A stretch of 64,000 bases of DNA from Methanothermococcus sp. Ax23. Lineage in GTDB: Archaea; AGJL01; Methanococci; Methanococcales; Methanococcaceae. The translations under genes and the position numbers were made by a program. Below the pieces are notes generated by a model. The model was given only the letters and a program-made list of their open reading frames with translations. It did no database searches and was not told where the DNA came from. Of this stretch, positions 62,207 through 64,000 are shown in pieces. The stretch's first letter is position 1. Every line of letters begins with the position of its first letter. The DNA lies in NCBI RefSeq assembly GCF_049075655.1, contig NZ_CP157522.1, positions 448,001 through 512,000 of the forward strand, written 5' to 3'.

Positions 62207-63988
62207 ATGGCAGATAGATTGGCTATTTTGGATTATGATAGGTGTCAGCCGAGAAGATGTTCAATGGAATGTATAAAATACTGCCCCGGAGTTAGAATGG
62301 GGGAAGAAACCATTGTTATGGATGAAGACATTGGAAAACCGATAATTTCAGAAGAATTATGTAGCGGATGCGGAATATGTGTAAAAAGATGCCCCTTTGA
62401 AGCTATTGCAATCATAGGTCTTCCAGAAGAGCTCACCGAAGATAAGATAGTTCATTCCTATGGTAAAAATAGGTTTAGGTTATACGGTTTAATAGCTCCA
62501 AGAGAAGGAGTAGTTGGTATATTAGGACCAAACGGTGTTGGTAAATCCACAATATTGGCAATATTAAGCGGAGCTCTCATACCAAATTTAAACAATATCG
62601 ATGAAGAACCAAATTATGACAAGGTAATAAAACACTTCTCAGGAACCGAGCTCCAAAAATATTTTGAAAATTTAAAAAATGGAAATATTAAACCTGTCCA
62701 TAAACCACAGTATATTGATGCTCTCCCAAAGGTTGTAAAGGGAACAGTTGGAGAGTTGTTAAAAAAGGTGGATGAGAAGGGACTATTTGATGAAATAGTA
62801 GATACTTTGGAAATAAAAAACATACTTGATAGAACCTTCGACCAATTGAGTGGAGGTGAGCTCCAAAGAGTGGCAATTGCCGCGGCATGTTTAAGGGAAG
62901 GGGATATTTATTACTTCGATGAACCATCATCATGGCTTGATGTAAGGCAGAGATTCAATGCTGCAAAGGTGATTAGAAAAATATCAGAAGAGGGCAAAAA
63001 GGTTGTTGCAGTAGAACACGATTTAATAGTTTTGGATTATCTCTCCGACCATATACATATTATGTATGGTATTCCTTCTGCCTATGGGGTTGTAACTCAC
63101 CCAAGAGGAACAAGGGTTGGAATAAATACATACTTAAATGGTTTTCTAAGGGAGGAGAATATAAGATTTAGAAAAAATCCAATAGTATTCGAAAAAAGAC
63201 CGCCAGCAAATTATTCAAATAGACCGTTGCTTTTGGAGTATTCAAAGGTTTCAAAAACCCTTGGCAATTTCAACCTGTCCGTTGATGGTGGAACAATACA
63301 CAGGGGAGAAGTAATAGGTATATTGGGACCAAATGGTATAGGTAAAACAACATTTGTAAAAATACTCGCTGGAATTGTTAAACCTGATGAAGGTAGTGTT
63401 TCAAGTGAAGATGTAAAGGTATCATACAAACCTCAGTATATTTCCTCAGATTACGATGGAACTGTTAGAGACCTTTTAATGAGTATAGCGAATATAAACA
63501 CATCATTCTATAAATCTGAGATAATAAAGCCGTTGAGCTTGGAAAAAATAATGGACTTTGATGTGAAAGACCTCTCTGGTGGTGAGCTCCAAAGAGTGGC
63601 AATTGCCGCATGTTTGAGTAGGGATGCAGATATATATTTAATAGATGAGCCATCGGCATTTTTAGATGTGGAGCAGAGGTTAAATGTATCAAGAACAATA
63701 AGAAGAATGGCGGATGAAAAGGATGCGGCAATGTTTGTAGTGGACCATGATATATTATTCCAAGATTATATCTCTGATAGATTTGTCGTATTCAGCGGTG
63801 AAGCTGGTAAAATTGGAAAAGGCTCTTCACCATTGGATAAAAGAAGCGGCGCAAATAAGTTTTTAAAAGAGATGAATATAACATTTAGAAGAGACCCCGA
63901 CACAGGAAGACCAAGAGTAAATAAAGAGGGAAGTCAGAGGGATTTATACCAGAAGGAAATTGGGGAATATTACTATGTGGATGAGTGA
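62207..63988 (+). CDS. rli: Ribosome recycling ATPase ABCE1/RLI
   Basis: N-terminal Fe-S Cys motifs, two ABC domains (GPNG.GK, LSGGELQR), FRRDPDTGRPRVNK. Confidence 0.97.
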   Translation: MADRLAILDYDRCQPRRCSMECIKYCPGVRMGEETIVMDEDIGKPIISEELCSGCGICVKRCPFEAIAIIGLPEELTEDKIVHSYGKNRFRLYGLIAPREGVVGILGPNGVGKSTILAILSGALIPNLNNIDEEPNYDKVIKHFSGTELQKYFENLKNGNIKPVHKPQYIDALPKVVKGTVGELLKKVDEKGLFDEIVDTLEIKNILDRTFDQLSGGELQRVAIAAACLREGDIYYFDEPSSWLDVRQRFNAAKVIRKISEEGKKVVAVEHDLIVLDYLSDHIHIMYGIPSAYGVVTHPRGTRVGINTYLNGFLREENIRFRKNPIVFEKRPPANYSNRPLLLEYSKVSKTLGNFNLSVDGGTIHRGEVIGILGPNGIGKTTFVKILAGIVKPDEGSVSSEDVKVSYKPQYISSDYDGTVRDLLMSIANINTSFYKSEIIKPLSLEKIMDFDVKDLSGGELQRVAIAACLSRDADIYLIDEPSAFLDVEQRLNVSRTIRRMADEKDAAMFVVDHDILFQDYISDRFVVFSGEAGKIGKGSSPLDKRSGANKFLKEMNITFRRDPDTGRPRVNKEGSQRDLYQKEIGEYYYVDE

Positions 63989-64000
63989 ATGGATTGATAA

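Overview
AT-rich (about 30% GC by eye) archaeal chromosome segment from a member of the Methanococcales, probably Methanothermococcus-like (hmd/hcgA/hcgG, mfnA, comC, hacB, pycBA, thermosome, Topo VI, PolB). Most of it is housekeeping and methanogen core genes, with three tRNAs (Arg-TCT, Glu-TCC-arm type anticodon TTC, Cys-GCA), an unlisted nop10 and a box C/D sRNA. The notable features are: (1) a five-gene cell-envelope cluster (440-8271) with gene-converted paralogs and a membrane protein ending in a degenerate PIN-like domain, preceded by a promoter-bearing, about 300-nt structured, probably pseudoknotted RNA; (2) the palindrome GAGCTC iterated about once per kb (68 copies by hand count) in all reading frames, resembling cyanobacterial HIP1; (3) 37-60 bp double-hairpin mini-elements inserted with short duplications into genes, a tRNA-derived repeat and transposon ends; (4) two ORF-less IS200/IS605-derived elements that keep promoter plus omega-RNA-like right ends; (5) two copies of a DDE IS, one with a 14-bp target duplication. 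All calls come from reading the sequence and recognising motifs; no searches or folding programs were run.
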